A stretch of 64,000 nt of DNA from Candidatus Dormiibacterota bacterium (lineage in GTDB: Bacteria; Chloroflexota; Dormibacteria; Aeolococcales; Aeolococcaceae): positions 1,473 through 65,472 of the forward strand of contig JBAPWO010000146.1 of the NCBI GenBank assembly GCA_049283735.1. The letters are read 5' to 3'. The notes beneath the pieces are model-generated. The model was not told where the DNA came from, did not search any database, and saw nothing but the letters and a program-made list of their open reading frames with translations. Every line of letters begins with the position of its first letter. The stretch's first letter is position 1. Of this stretch, positions 44,481-52,839 are shown piece by piece. Both the position numbers and the translations under genes were made by a program.

Positions 44481-45824
44481 CTAGGTCGTGACCGCCGCGA
44501 TCGCGCGTCGCAGTGCATCAGGCACGTCAACAACCGTGCGGTGACGTCGGTCCGACACGATGCTTCTCCCACCCACCACGACTTCCTCGACTTCCGACGC
44601 CGTCGCGGCGTACGCCACGGCCTCGAGGAGATGGCCAGGATCCGCCCCGGCGAGACGCGGCGTGTCCAGGTCAATGGCGATGAAGTCCGCGAGGCTGCCG
44701 ACCGCCAGGCGGCCCGCCTCACCCCAGCCGAGCGACGCCTGCCCTGCGGCAGTCGCCGCACGCAAAAGCGCGGCCGGCGTCCAGTGCCCCCGAGCCTCGA
44801 CGCGGAGCCGCTCGTCGAGCTCCATCGCACGAGCTTCCTCGAACAGGTCAATGACGCTCTGCCCGTCGCTGCCGACGGACACCATCACTCCTGCCTCGGC
44901 GGCATCATGCGCCGGGCCGATGCCGTCGCCCAGGTCTCGCTCCGTCGTGGGGCACATGCAGAGGCCGCTTCCGCGCGCCTGGAGCAACAACACGTCGGCG
45001 GAGGTGCAATGAGTCCCGTGAATCGCCGTGGTGCGATCACCGAGGGCTCCAGCGTCGTCGAGGAGCTGCGTCGGCGTGCATCCGTGCGCGATCGCGGCGG
45101 CATCGTTCTCCGCACGCTGTTCGGACACGTGCACATGGAGCGGCGACTGGTGGTCACGTGCCCACTGGGCGACGACCGTCATCTGATCGGCGGGCACGGC
45201 GCGAACGGAGTGGATCGCCGCACCGCGCCGAACCCCAGCGGGGACTTTCAAATCCGAGACGCGCTCGGCCCATCGATGCGCGTCACCATCGCCAAACCGC
45301 CGTTGAACCGCTTGAAGTGGGGAGCCGAATCCCCCTGCGAGATAACAGGTATCGAGCAAGGTCATGCGCATGCCGATCTCGGTCGCAGCAGCGATCAGGG
45401 CGTCTCCCATTGCGTTCCGATTCCCGTATGGTCGCCCGTCAACGTCATGGTGCAGATAGTGGAACTCGCCGACGCTGGTGATCCCGGCAAGTGCCATCTC
45501 TGCGAACGTCGCCCTCGCGAGCGCGTGGTACGTCTCAGGATTGAGGCGCGCTGCGACCTCGTACATCGCCTCACGCCAGGTCCAGAAGGTTCCTCCCCTC
45601 GCGTTGGTGCGGCCACGCAATGCCCGATGAAAGCAGTGTGAGTGTGCATTGCAGAGGCCAGGCATCACCAGGCCGGCCAGGCGCCGCGCCGTGGGTGGCG
45701 GTTGCCGAACATCGGTGGCAACGGATGCAATGCGGTCCCCCTCGACCCCGATGAGGACATCCGACCGGAGCGCGTCATCCGTGCCAAGCCACGCCCATTC
45801 GGCATGCCACTCAGTCACCGGCAC
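44481..45824 (-). CDS. hutF: formimidoylglutamate deiminase-like amidohydrolase
   Basis: Amidohydrolase HxH motif (NAHSHCFHRALRG) and GEFHYLHH; about 450 aa. Paired with an M20 hydrolase, as in actinobacterial hut clusters. Confidence 0.6.
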   Translation of the reverse strand: MPVTEWHAEWAWLGTDDALRSDVLIGVEGDRIASVATDVRQPPPTARRLAGLVMPGLCNAHSHCFHRALRGRTNARGGTFWTWREAMYEVAARLNPETYHALARATFAEMALAGITSVGEFHYLHHDVDGRPYGNRNAMGDALIAAATEIGMRMTLLDTCYLAGGFGSPLQAVQRRFGDGDAHRWAERVSDLKVPAGVRRGAAIHSVRAVPADQMTVVAQWARDHQSPLHVHVSEQRAENDAAAIAHGCTPTQLLDDAGALGDRTTAIHGTHCTSADVLLLQARGSGLCMCPTTERDLGDGIGPAHDAAEAGVMVSVGSDGQSVIDLFEEARAMELDERLRVEARGHWTPAALLRAATAAGQASLGWGEAGRLAVGSLADFIAIDLDTPRLAGADPGHLLEAVAYAATASEVEEVVVGGRSIVSDRRHRTVVDVPDALRRAIAAVTT

Positions 45825-47065
45825 AGAAGTTCCTCAAGAACCGTCGCCAGCGCGCTGACGCCGTGGAGGCAGTCCGCGAGATCGGCACTCTCCATCGGAC
45901 TATGACTCACCCCAGTGCGATTCCGGACAAACAACATCCCGGTGGGAATGGCAGCCGCGAGAATTCCAGCGTCATGGCCGGCGCCCGTCGACAGCTCCGG
46001 TGTTGCCAAGCCATCACTGGCCAGCGCCTCCGCCATGCGACCACGCAGCGCGCTGTCGAGGCGTACCTCGGGCGTGTACGACTCCGACGTGATGTCGACG
46101 ATGACATCGTGAACCGCCGCGACCGAGGCGGCCTCCGACTCGATGGCGTCGACGAGGGCCTGAAGCGTGCGTGCATCCGCAGCGCGCGCGTCAAGCCACG
46201 CATTCACCGCCGACGGCACGCCGTTGGTCGCATTTGGCTCGACGGAAACGCGGCCAAAGGTCGCCAAACCACCTGAATCCTGAGCGATCCGCCGTGCGGC
46301 AATTGCTGTGGCGGCAAACGGCAGCATGGGATCGTGACGATCGACCAGTCGCGTCGTCCCCGCGTGGTTCGCCTCACCGCGAAAGGCGTATCTCCAGCGG
46401 CCATGCGGCCAGATGGAGGTTCCCAGGGCTATCGGCGAGTTGCGATCAGCAAGGCCTCTCCCCTGCTCGATGTGTAGTTCCACAAACGCTGAGAACTGCA
46501 AGATGTCATGAATCGTCTCGGCCGCTTGAAGACCGACATCGGCGGCGAGCATCGCGTCCCGCATCGTGATCCCTGCCGAATCTCGCAATGCGTATGCGTC
46601 CGGCAATCGCAACGTGCCACTGAGCAGACGGCTTCCAATGCACGCGAGGCCGAATCTCGCGCCCTCCTCGTCGGTGAACACGGCGACGGCGAGAGCTCGT
46701 TTCGGGATGATCTCCCGCTCCCGGAGGAGATCCACAGCACACAGGCCACTGACCACCCCAAGCGGGCCATCAAACGGACCGCCATCGGGAACCGAGTCGA
46801 GATGACTTCCTGTCAACACCGCTCCGCGCCGATCGTGCTCTGGGCCGTCCCACCACGCCACGAGGTTGCCCGCGGCGTCGCGCTCCACCGCGAGGCCGCG
46901 CGCAAGCGATTGCTCTTCAAACCACGCACGACACGCCACGTCCGCTGGAGTCCACGCATAACGGCGGTAGCCACCGGTGCTGGCATCGAGACCGATCGGC
47001 AGCAGGGACTCCCACGCGGCATGAAACCGCTGTTTGACAGCGGCGGTCATTCGCAGGGTCCTCAC
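45815..47065 (-). CDS. M20 family Zn-dependent amidohydrolase (allantoate amidohydrolase / N-carbamoyl-amino-acid hydrolase-like)
   Basis: Motifs GSHLDSVPDGGPFDGPLGV and FTDEEGARFG. Overlaps the hutF-like start by 10 nt. Confidence 0.75.
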   Translation of the reverse strand: MRTLRMTAAVKQRFHAAWESLLPIGLDASTGGYRRYAWTPADVACRAWFEEQSLARGLAVERDAAGNLVAWWDGPEHDRRGAVLTGSHLDSVPDGGPFDGPLGVVSGLCAVDLLREREIIPKRALAVAVFTDEEGARFGLACIGSRLLSGTLRLPDAYALRDSAGITMRDAMLAADVGLQAAETIHDILQFSAFVELHIEQGRGLADRNSPIALGTSIWPHGRWRYAFRGEANHAGTTRLVDRHDPMLPFAATAIAARRIAQDSGGLATFGRVSVEPNATNGVPSAVNAWLDARAADARTLQALVDAIESEAASVAAVHDVIVDITSESYTPEVRLDSALRGRMAEALASDGLATPELSTGAGHDAGILAAAIPTGMLFVRNRTGVSHSPMESADLADCLHGVSALATVLEELLCR

Positions 47066-47173
47066 ACGCGCATGTCCGCCAGGTTTCCTCCGATCGCGAC
47101 CTCGCCGCCTCGCCTTTGGGCCATCATGGACGCACCGATCACGATTGTGTCCGACGGCGCGGAACCAGCACGA

Positions 47174-47557
47174 TCAACTGCTCGGGGAGGACTTCGCGCC
47201 ACCGTTCGTTGCGCTCGCCTTCATCCGATGTTCGATGAGTCGCCGGATCGCTGACGTGGGCAGCGGGTGATCGAGGGGGAAGTGCAGCGTCGATTTGGCG
47301 GCAATGTGCTGCTCGAGCCCCACGGCACGTGCGTCCTCCAGGTTGAAGGCATACAGAGCGATGTGACGGGTGTGCGCCTGAAAGTAAGTAAGGCGAGCAC
47401 CGTTGAGGTGGTAATACGGCATGCCGTAGCTGATCCGTTCCTCCGCCTCCGGCGCGGTCGCCCGGATGGTCTCCCGGAGCCCCGTGAGCAACTGCCGCGC
47501 CGCCTCCGGAGCGGCGGCGATGTAGCTGTCGACGTCGCGAGCTGGCTGTGCAGGCAT
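47174..47557 (-). CDS. DUF1801 (YdhG-like) domain protein
   Basis: Sequence VDSYIAAAPEAARQLLTGLRETIRATAPEAEERISYGMPYY is typical of DUF1801. SD GAGGAGG. Confidence 0.65.
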   Translation of the reverse strand: MPAQPARDVDSYIAAAPEAARQLLTGLRETIRATAPEAEERISYGMPYYHLNGARLTYFQAHTRHIALYAFNLEDARAVGLEQHIAAKSTLHFPLDHPLPTSAIRRLIEHRMKASATNGGAKSSPSS

Positions 47558-47743
47558 CGGTACCTCCTCAACGGATTATTTGCTCATCCCCGGTGCTGCC
47601 GGGGTACCCGCACTATCATCGCCGCCGCACCGACCTCAGTCGCAACGCCGCCGGGGAGTCTCAGTGCTCTCACATGCCGGCCCAAGGAACCTCACATGCG
47701 CTGCTGGCACTCTCTTCTTAGCAACCCACTTAAGCGGAACGCC

Positions 47744-48646
47744 ATGATGAACGAGTACGACCCGACAAGCCCCCACCAGACCACTTCCGATCGCTCCGTT
47801 TCGAACGCGCCGTCAGGGCCGCCGATTGCTGGAACTGGAGGCGATGCCGGCTTTCCGCCGCCTCCCCCGCCAGAGGCTTCGCCAGACGCCACGGTCCCGG
47901 TACCCGTGGACAAGCTACGCCGGCTGAGCGTACGGCGATTGCTGTCGAACCGAAGAGGTCGATGGATCACGGCCACTGCGCTCTTGTCGGCGGTGATCGG
48001 ACTGTCCGCGTACGGCGCGTCCAGGGCAACGGCCACGTCGCCCCCCGCACCAGGAGCCGGAAGCGGCTCCGCCGGCGGTCTCGGATCCGGCGGCGCGGGA
48101 TCCAACGCTCGGTCGGGACCGGCCGCAGGGGGAGCATCCGGCACGGTCGCCAGCGTGTCCACGGCGAGCTTCACACTGACCACATCAGCCGGTCAGCAGG
48201 TGACCGTCGACGAGGCGTCCTCGACGACATACCAGAACGGCACGAGCGCGACCTCGGCGAGCGCACTTACAACGGGCGAAGGCGTCCTCGTACTTGGGAC
48301 GACCAGCGGAACGACCATCACGGCCACGCAGATCATCGTGCGAGCGACCGGCGGCGGAGCTGCGGCTTCCTCGGCGGCAGGGGTGATCCCCTTCCAGCGC
48401 GGTGCGGCGACCACGTCAAAGCAGGTCGGTCAGATCCCGGCGAGCTACAGCCAGGGCTCCGGAACAATCGTCGGCGGAACGACGGCGAATAAGGCGACGG
48501 AAGCTGCGCTGGCCGCCTACCCGGGAGGCGTCGTCGACCGTGTCGTACAGCTGAGCAACGGCGAGTACGAGGTTCACTACATCGGCGTCAACTGGCCGCA
48601 CCACATCTTCGTCAACCAGAGTCTCACGGTCGTCGGCGCCAACTAG
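47744..48646 (+). CDS. membrane-anchored protein with Gly/Ser/Ala-rich region, DUF5666-like and PepSY-like C-terminal domains
   Basis: Start at MMNEYDP (ATG 47744) with a single TM helix ITATALLSAVIGLSAY. C-terminus is ATEAALAAYPGGVVDRVVQLSNGEYEVHY. Confidence 0.55.
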   Translation: MMNEYDPTSPHQTTSDRSVSNAPSGPPIAGTGGDAGFPPPPPPEASPDATVPVPVDKLRRLSVRRLLSNRRGRWITATALLSAVIGLSAYGASRATATSPPAPGAGSGSAGGLGSGGAGSNARSGPAAGGASGTVASVSTASFTLTTSAGQQVTVDEASSTTYQNGTSATSASALTTGEGVLVLGTTSGTTITATQIIVRATGGGAAASSAAGVIPFQRGAATTSKQVGQIPASYSQGSGTIVGGTTANKATEAALAAYPGGVVDRVVQLSNGEYEVHYIGVNWPHHIFVNQSLTVVGAN

Positions 48647-48653
48647 CGGTCTG

Positions 48654-48725
48654 AGCCCAAGGTGAGGATTGAACTCACGGCCTACGCCTTACCAAGGCGT
48701 TGCTCTACCACTGAGCTACTTGGGC
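48654..48725 (-). tRNA. tRNA-Thr (anticodon GGU)
   Basis: Hand-folded cloverleaf. Acceptor GCCCAAG/CTTGGGC, D arm GCTC-AGTGGTA-GAGC, anticodon arm ACGCC-TTGGTAA-GGCGT, T arm GTGAG-TTCAATC-CTCAC; 72 nt. CCA is not encoded. Confidence 0.9.
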
Positions 48726-48760
48726 ACGCCGGGCGATGGTACCAAGGCGTCGCACCGGGA

Positions 48761-49606
48761 TCAGGTGCGTGGCAGTGACGCCAGCCATGCGATGGCGAAG
48801 ACTGCGGTGGCCACAGCAAGTATCGGAAACGGTCTCGACAAGCGTGTCGCGACGACCGCCAAGATGCCGATGGCCAGAACGCCGACACCACTGAAGAACA
48901 CGGCTCCAAACTGCCCCAGGGGACCCGCGATGAGGAGCGCGAGCGCTCCGGCGGCGGCGAGGACGAGCGGCCCAGCCGATCGCGAGCGCTCCACCCCCAC
49001 CAGGACCGGGAGGCTGCGGCGGCCCGCGAGCCGGTCGTGGTTGATGTCCGGCAAGGCGTTGGCGAAATGGAGACCAATCGCGATCAGGCCGGACAGCGGG
49101 AGCAGGACGAGCACTCGCGATGGTATCGATCCGACCGAGGCGTATCCCTCGAGTGGGAGGACGGCCATCCCACCCCACCAGGGGACCCACGAGAGTGGCG
49201 TCCGGCGCAGTCCCAGGTCGTAGGCGAGACCCGCGGAGAGAGCGAGGGCGTCAAGCGCGAGGGTCGCTGTGTTGATGGTGGCCGCGATCCCGAGCCCAAT
49301 CGCCCCGAGCACCACCCCAATGCCAATCGCGGTCGATCGGTCGACCACCCCCCGCACGAGCGGCTTGTGGGGTTTTGCAGCGGCATCGGCAGGCAGGTCG
49401 ACAACGTCGTTGATGACGCCGATGCAGAGTTGGACTGGCAGCATTGCACCCACCAACTGCAGGACCCGTGTGCCCTCAGGCAGGCCGTGACCGGCCAGAC
49501 CGGCGATTGACACGAGGACCCCGGTAACCAGCAATGACGGACCGGGATGGCCGAGGAAAATCAGCGACCGAATCGTCCCGCCGGGCCTGCGCTCGTCCCA
49601 CCACAC
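48761..49606 (-). CDS. UbiA-family prenyltransferase
   Basis: Motifs NDVVDLPADAAAKPHKPL (NDxxDxxxD) and ALPDINHDRLAGRRSLP; 8-9 TM helices. Confidence 0.8.
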   Translation of the reverse strand: MWWDERRPGGTIRSLIFLGHPGPSLLVTGVLVSIAGLAGHGLPEGTRVLQLVGAMLPVQLCIGVINDVVDLPADAAAKPHKPLVRGVVDRSTAIGIGVVLGAIGLGIAATINTATLALDALALSAGLAYDLGLRRTPLSWVPWWGGMAVLPLEGYASVGSIPSRVLVLLPLSGLIAIGLHFANALPDINHDRLAGRRSLPVLVGVERSRSAGPLVLAAAGALALLIAGPLGQFGAVFFSGVGVLAIGILAVVATRLSRPFPILAVATAVFAIAWLASLPRT

Positions 49607-49618
49607 GGGCGGGGCGCC

Positions 49619-49861
49619 CTATTCCGCGGGGTGCTCGGAGCCTGAATCGGCGGCGCCGGCCTCGTCATCGCGACCGAGCTCGTGCTCCGGGTTGGCGGCG
49701 GTCTCGGCGGCCTCTCGCGCCGCCGTCAGGGAGCCGTACCCGGCGGCCTCCTCAGCCGCGACCTCGGCCGCGAGCAGGCGGTCGTGAACCGCGTCCTCGA
49801 ATCGACGCAGCCGGCTCTTCTCGTGCTCAGGAGGCTTGTCGGGAGGTGGCGTATCAGTCAT
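49619..49861 (-). CDS. small acidic hypothetical protein (80 aa)
   Basis: High GC3 from ATG 49861 (MTDTPPPDKPPEHEK...). Stops 12 nt before the UbiA start. The in-frame upstream part of the track ORF overlaps the promoter. Confidence 0.35.
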   Translation of the reverse strand: MTDTPPPDKPPEHEKSRLRRFEDAVHDRLLAAEVAAEEAAGYGSLTAAREAAETAANPEHELGRDDEAGAADSGSEHPAE

Positions 49862-49876
49862 GTGCTCACTCTTCAG

Positions 49877-49913
49877 CGGATGCCGCAGTAGGCGGACGGC
49901 CGGATCCGCAGTA
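49877..49913 (-). repeat. direct repeat CGGAT(G)CCGCAGTA x2 in the leader of the small ORF/UbiA unit
   Basis: Copies at 49877-49890 and 49901-49913 (plus-strand reading) differ by one inserted G. Confidence 0.6.
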
Positions 49914-50028
49914 TGGGCGATGGCGGGGCAAGCCACGCTGTGCCGCACTAACCGCGCGAACTTCTCTTCACTGCGTCGCTCGATCCCAGCGGACGGGCTT
50001 TCACCCCGGAGATCAAACGTTAGCAACG

Positions 50029-50057
50029 ATTGTACCACGCATCCGGCGCCCAGTCAA
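50029..50057 (-). promoter_or_regulatory. near-consensus sigma-70 promoter TTGACT-17 nt-TACAAT
   Basis: Minus strand: -35 at 50057-50052, a 17-nt spacer, -10 at 50034-50029. AT-rich island just downstream of the WYL gene. Confidence 0.55.
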
Positions 50058-50077
50058 GAAAATTCTTGTTGTGTGTC

Positions 50078-50096
50078 GACGTTCTGAGAAAACGTC
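50078..50096 (-). terminator. hairpin GACGTT-7 nt-AACGTC 5 nt after the WYL regulator stop codon
   Basis: Perfect 6-bp stem. An A/U-rich tract (AAUUUUCUU) follows about 14 nt downstream on the minus strand. Confidence 0.3.
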
Positions 50097-50101
50097 CCCG
50101 C

Positions 50102-51118
50102 TTAGGAGTTCTGTGAATTTGTCCTCTCCTGGAGGACATGGACAGCACCGGCGCGAGGGCGCTTCGGACTGCGAGCTGCCGCTCGCAACCGTCCCGCAAT
50201 CGTGCGCAACGACGCGCGAAGCTCGGGGGGGTGCAGCACCACCAGGTCGCACTCGAGGCCGGCCAGATACGCGGCCGCCCAGTCAAAGTCGTCGGCGCTG
50301 AAGCTGAGTACCGTGCCTTCTTCGGCCGCCTCGAGCCTGCCGTCGGTCGGTGAAACGCGACGCTTCGCCTCCTCGAGGGTGAGGGAGAGCAGGACCTCGC
50401 AACGCGTGCCGTATACCGCCTCGGCGAGCGCCTGGTGCAGGTATGCGACCACGTCGAAGTTCTCGGGCCGCTGGAAGGTGTCGGTCATGGACTCGGTCGC
50501 CAGCATGCGGTCGAGGCGGAACGTTCGCATCGCGCTCCGATAGTGATCCCAGCTGACCAGATACCAGCGGCCGCTCTGGAACGCGACCCCATACGGATCA
50601 ACGACGCGCTCGGTCACCTCGCCCGCTGCCGAGCGGTACGTCAGGCGGATCGCCGTGCGATCCCGTGCGGCGGTGCCCAGGCGGAGAATCGTCGCCGCAT
50701 CGGCGTGGTCCCTGGCGACCGGAGAGAGTCCGAGACTGACGAAATCCTGCATCGCCTGGACCTGAGCGCGCTGCGCCTCGGGCAGGAGGCGGTCGAGCTT
50801 GGCGAGAGCACTCTGCACCGGCGAGCCGGACGCTGAAAGCCCAAGGCGCTGGGCTGCCAGGAGACCGATGATGATCACCAGTGCCTCCTCGTTGCTCAGC
50901 ATCAGCGGGGGAAGCTTGAAGCCACGCCGGAGCCGGTAACCGCCGGCGGGGCCGCGTTCGGTCTCCACGGGAATGCCCATCTCCTGCAGGCCGGTGATGT
51001 AGCGACGCACCGTCCGCGGGCTCACCTCGAGCCGGCTCGCGATCTCCTCCGCGTTGAGCTGGCGATACACCTGGAGCAGTTCGATGAGGGTGAGGAGCCG
51101 GCCGACGGAGAGATCCAT
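50102..51118 (-). CDS. YafY/PafBC-like transcriptional regulator (HTH + WYL + WCX domains)
   Basis: HTH EIASRLEVSPRTVRRYITGLQEMGIPV and WYL region GRWYLVSWDHYRSAMRTFRLDRM. Confidence 0.85.
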   Translation of the reverse strand: MDLSVGRLLTLIELLQVYRQLNAEEIASRLEVSPRTVRRYITGLQEMGIPVETERGPAGGYRLRRGFKLPPLMLSNEEALVIIIGLLAAQRLGLSASGSPVQSALAKLDRLLPEAQRAQVQAMQDFVSLGLSPVARDHADAATILRLGTAARDRTAIRLTYRSAAGEVTERVVDPYGVAFQSGRWYLVSWDHYRSAMRTFRLDRMLATESMTDTFQRPENFDVVAYLHQALAEAVYGTRCEVLLSLTLEEAKRRVSPTDGRLEAAEEGTVLSFSADDFDWAAAYLAGLECDLVVLHPPELRASLRTIAGRLRAAARSPKRPRAGAVHVLQERTNSQNS

Positions 51119-51131
51119 ATCGACATCATAT

Positions 51132-51148
51132 AGGACGCATACTGTCCT
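51132..51148. promoter_or_regulatory. inverted repeat AGGAC-N7-GTCCT between divergent -10 boxes (candidate WYL-regulator operator)
   Basis: Flanked by TATGAT (51130-51125, minus strand, 6 nt before the WYL ATG) and TAGCAT (51159-51164, plus strand, 7 nt before ATG 51172). Confidence 0.4.
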
Positions 51149-51171
51149 TATTGCCCTGTAGCATCTGGACC

Positions 51172-51387
51172 ATGATGAATCCGAACACGCTGATGGACCT
51201 CGCCCGCGAACGACGCCGCGATCTGCTCGATGACGCCGCCCGCCGCCGCCTCCAACGGGGGCCCGACGCCGACCTGCTCGCCCCGGAGGACGTGTTGCTC
51301 TCCGGCCGTGCTGCTCACGTGATCGACGCTCGGGTTCGCGCGCAGGCGCGCCTCCGCGTCACCTCCGCGGCGCTCGAACTCCCCTGA
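51172..51387 (+). CDS. small hypothetical protein (71 aa, Arg/Asp-rich)
   Basis: ATG 51172 lies 7 nt after TAGCAT (leaderless geometry). Sequence begins MMNPNTLMDLARERRRDLLDDAARRR. Confidence 0.4.
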   Translation: MMNPNTLMDLARERRRDLLDDAARRRLQRGPDADLLAPEDVLLSGRAAHVIDARVRAQARLRVTSAALELP

Positions 51388-51449
51388 CGCCGGGACGGTC
51401 GCGGCGGTCGTCGCCGCCGCGACCGTCGGCAGGATGCGTCTGAGCAATC

Positions 51450-52298
51450 ATGCTGCTGGTCGTGAGAATCGAGGCTGTGGTGACCGATCTCGACGGGACC
51501 GTCGTGCGCGCGGACTTCTCGATCTCGCCGGCCACGCTCGAGGCCCTCGATCTCATCAGGTCAGCCGGCATCGCGTTCGTGGTTGCGACTGCGCGAACGC
51601 CTCAGGGTCTGGAGCACTTTCAGGCGCTCGCGCAGCGAACCGCCATGGCGGTGTGCTGCTCCGGTGCGATCGGGTGGTCGTCGCGTGAGAAAACGCTGAC
51701 ATGGATGAACGTGATGACGCCGCCCGTGATCCGTCGGGTCGTCGACATCGCACTCGCTGCGGGCGCAGGGGTGGCGAGCTTTGACGGGACGGTGTGGCGG
51801 ATGACCGAGGAGTATTTCCGCCTGAGTCCGATTCAGCCGCACGGCCCAACGCGCGTCGTTGTCGACAGCGCCGTCATCGCCGAGACGCCGTGTTGCACGA
51901 TGGCGCTGCGACATGGCCACGGCGATCTCGGTCGCATCGCCGCTCTGGTTGCCGCGGAGGCGGATTCCGCGGCGTTGAGTCACGTGGGACGCACCACAGT
52001 CCTGGACGTGACGGCGCCAGGGGTCGACAAGGGTTCGGGGACGTGTCGCGCACTGCACGAGCTGGGTCTCGCGCCGTCGACCGCGATCAGCTTCGGCGAC
52101 ATGCCCAACGACCTGGCGATGTTCCGGGCGACAGGCCGGAGTTACGCGGTCGGCGACAGCGATCAAGCGGTGATGCGGGCGGCGAACGAGGTGCTCGCGA
52201 GCGTCGAGGACGATGGTTTCGCGCGCAAGATCGCCGACCTTGCCGCGACGGGATGGACCATCGACGACGCCGATCCTGCGGCGGTCTCGGCGCGCTGA
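51450..52298 (+). CDS. HAD-superfamily hydrolase, Cof-type (subfamily IIB)
   Basis: Motif I VVTDLDGT and motif IV FGDMPNDLAM. Confidence 0.8.
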   Translation: MLLVVRIEAVVTDLDGTVVRADFSISPATLEALDLIRSAGIAFVVATARTPQGLEHFQALAQRTAMAVCCSGAIGWSSREKTLTWMNVMTPPVIRRVVDIALAAGAGVASFDGTVWRMTEEYFRLSPIQPHGPTRVVVDSAVIAETPCCTMALRHGHGDLGRIAALVAAEADSAALSHVGRTTVLDVTAPGVDKGSGTCRALHELGLAPSTAISFGDMPNDLAMFRATGRSYAVGDSDQAVMRAANEVLASVEDDGFARKIADLAATGWTIDDADPAAVSAR

Positions 52299-52344
52299 CG
52301 GTCGAGTGCGACGGTCGCGCAAAGCGACTAGCATCTGCGGTGTC

Positions 52345-52653
52345 GTGGGCATCGGGAGCTGGCTCGAGGATTACGCGAATCAGGTGGACGCGCGACGGCT
52401 GCGTCGCCGCAAGCAGCGTCCCGAGTCAATCGAGAAGCCGTACTGGCACAAGGACGCCTTCGCCAGGGACTCGGCGAGGCTCGAAGCCCTCGGATACCTC
52501 GTCGAGTCCGAGGCCGACAACGACGCGTATGTCAGTGCGACCTACCCGGCGAATACCGGCGGTGGCTTTGGTCAGCTCAGCCGGACCATCAACCGGCGGG
52601 TGCCGTCCATTCACGTGACCTACCGCTGGGAGCCCACAGACGCGTTCAGCTGA
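52345..52653 (+). CDS. hypothetical protein (102 aa)
   Basis: High GC3. GTG 52345 lies 10 nt after TAGCAT (52329-52334). The upstream part of the track ORF overlaps the HAD gene. Confidence 0.4.
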   Translation: MGIGSWLEDYANQVDARRLRRRKQRPESIEKPYWHKDAFARDSARLEALGYLVESEADNDAYVSATYPANTGGGFGQLSRTINRRVPSIHVTYRWEPTDAFS

Positions 52654-52690
52654 TCACGAGGGTGGCGTTGCAGCCGCGGCATGAACTCGG

Positions 52691-52762
52691 AGCCGATGGG
52701 GAGATTCGAACTCCCGACCAACCGCTTACAAGGCGGTTGCTCTACCCCTGAGCTACATCGGC
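52691..52762 (-). tRNA. tRNA-Thr (anticodon UGU)
   Basis: Hand-folded cloverleaf. Acceptor GCCGATG/CATCGGC, D arm GCTC-AGGGGTA-GAGC, anticodon arm ACCGC-CTTGTAA-GCGGT, T arm GGGAG-TTCGAAT-CTCCC; 72 nt. Confidence 0.9.
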
Positions 52763-52839
52763 TGGGCCACCGATTCTCCCATGGGGACTCGTTGAAGTTG
52801 CCACAATGGGGGCGCTGAGGTAACCTCACAACGGGTCTT

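Noticed and set aside
49862-50021. Known riboswitch classes (cobalamin, c-di-GMP, ydaO) in the leader upstream of the UbiA unit, prompted by GGGGUGAAAGCCCG
   Set aside because: There is no B12 box (GCCACUG-like), no GEMM or ydaO signature, and the flanking helices do not match. Reported only as an unclassified structured leader.
48654-52762. Genomic island integrated at a tRNA-Thr gene
   Set aside because: I could find no integrase or recombinase, no phage or conjugation genes, and no duplicated tRNA 3' segment by eye. Left as a low-interest note only.
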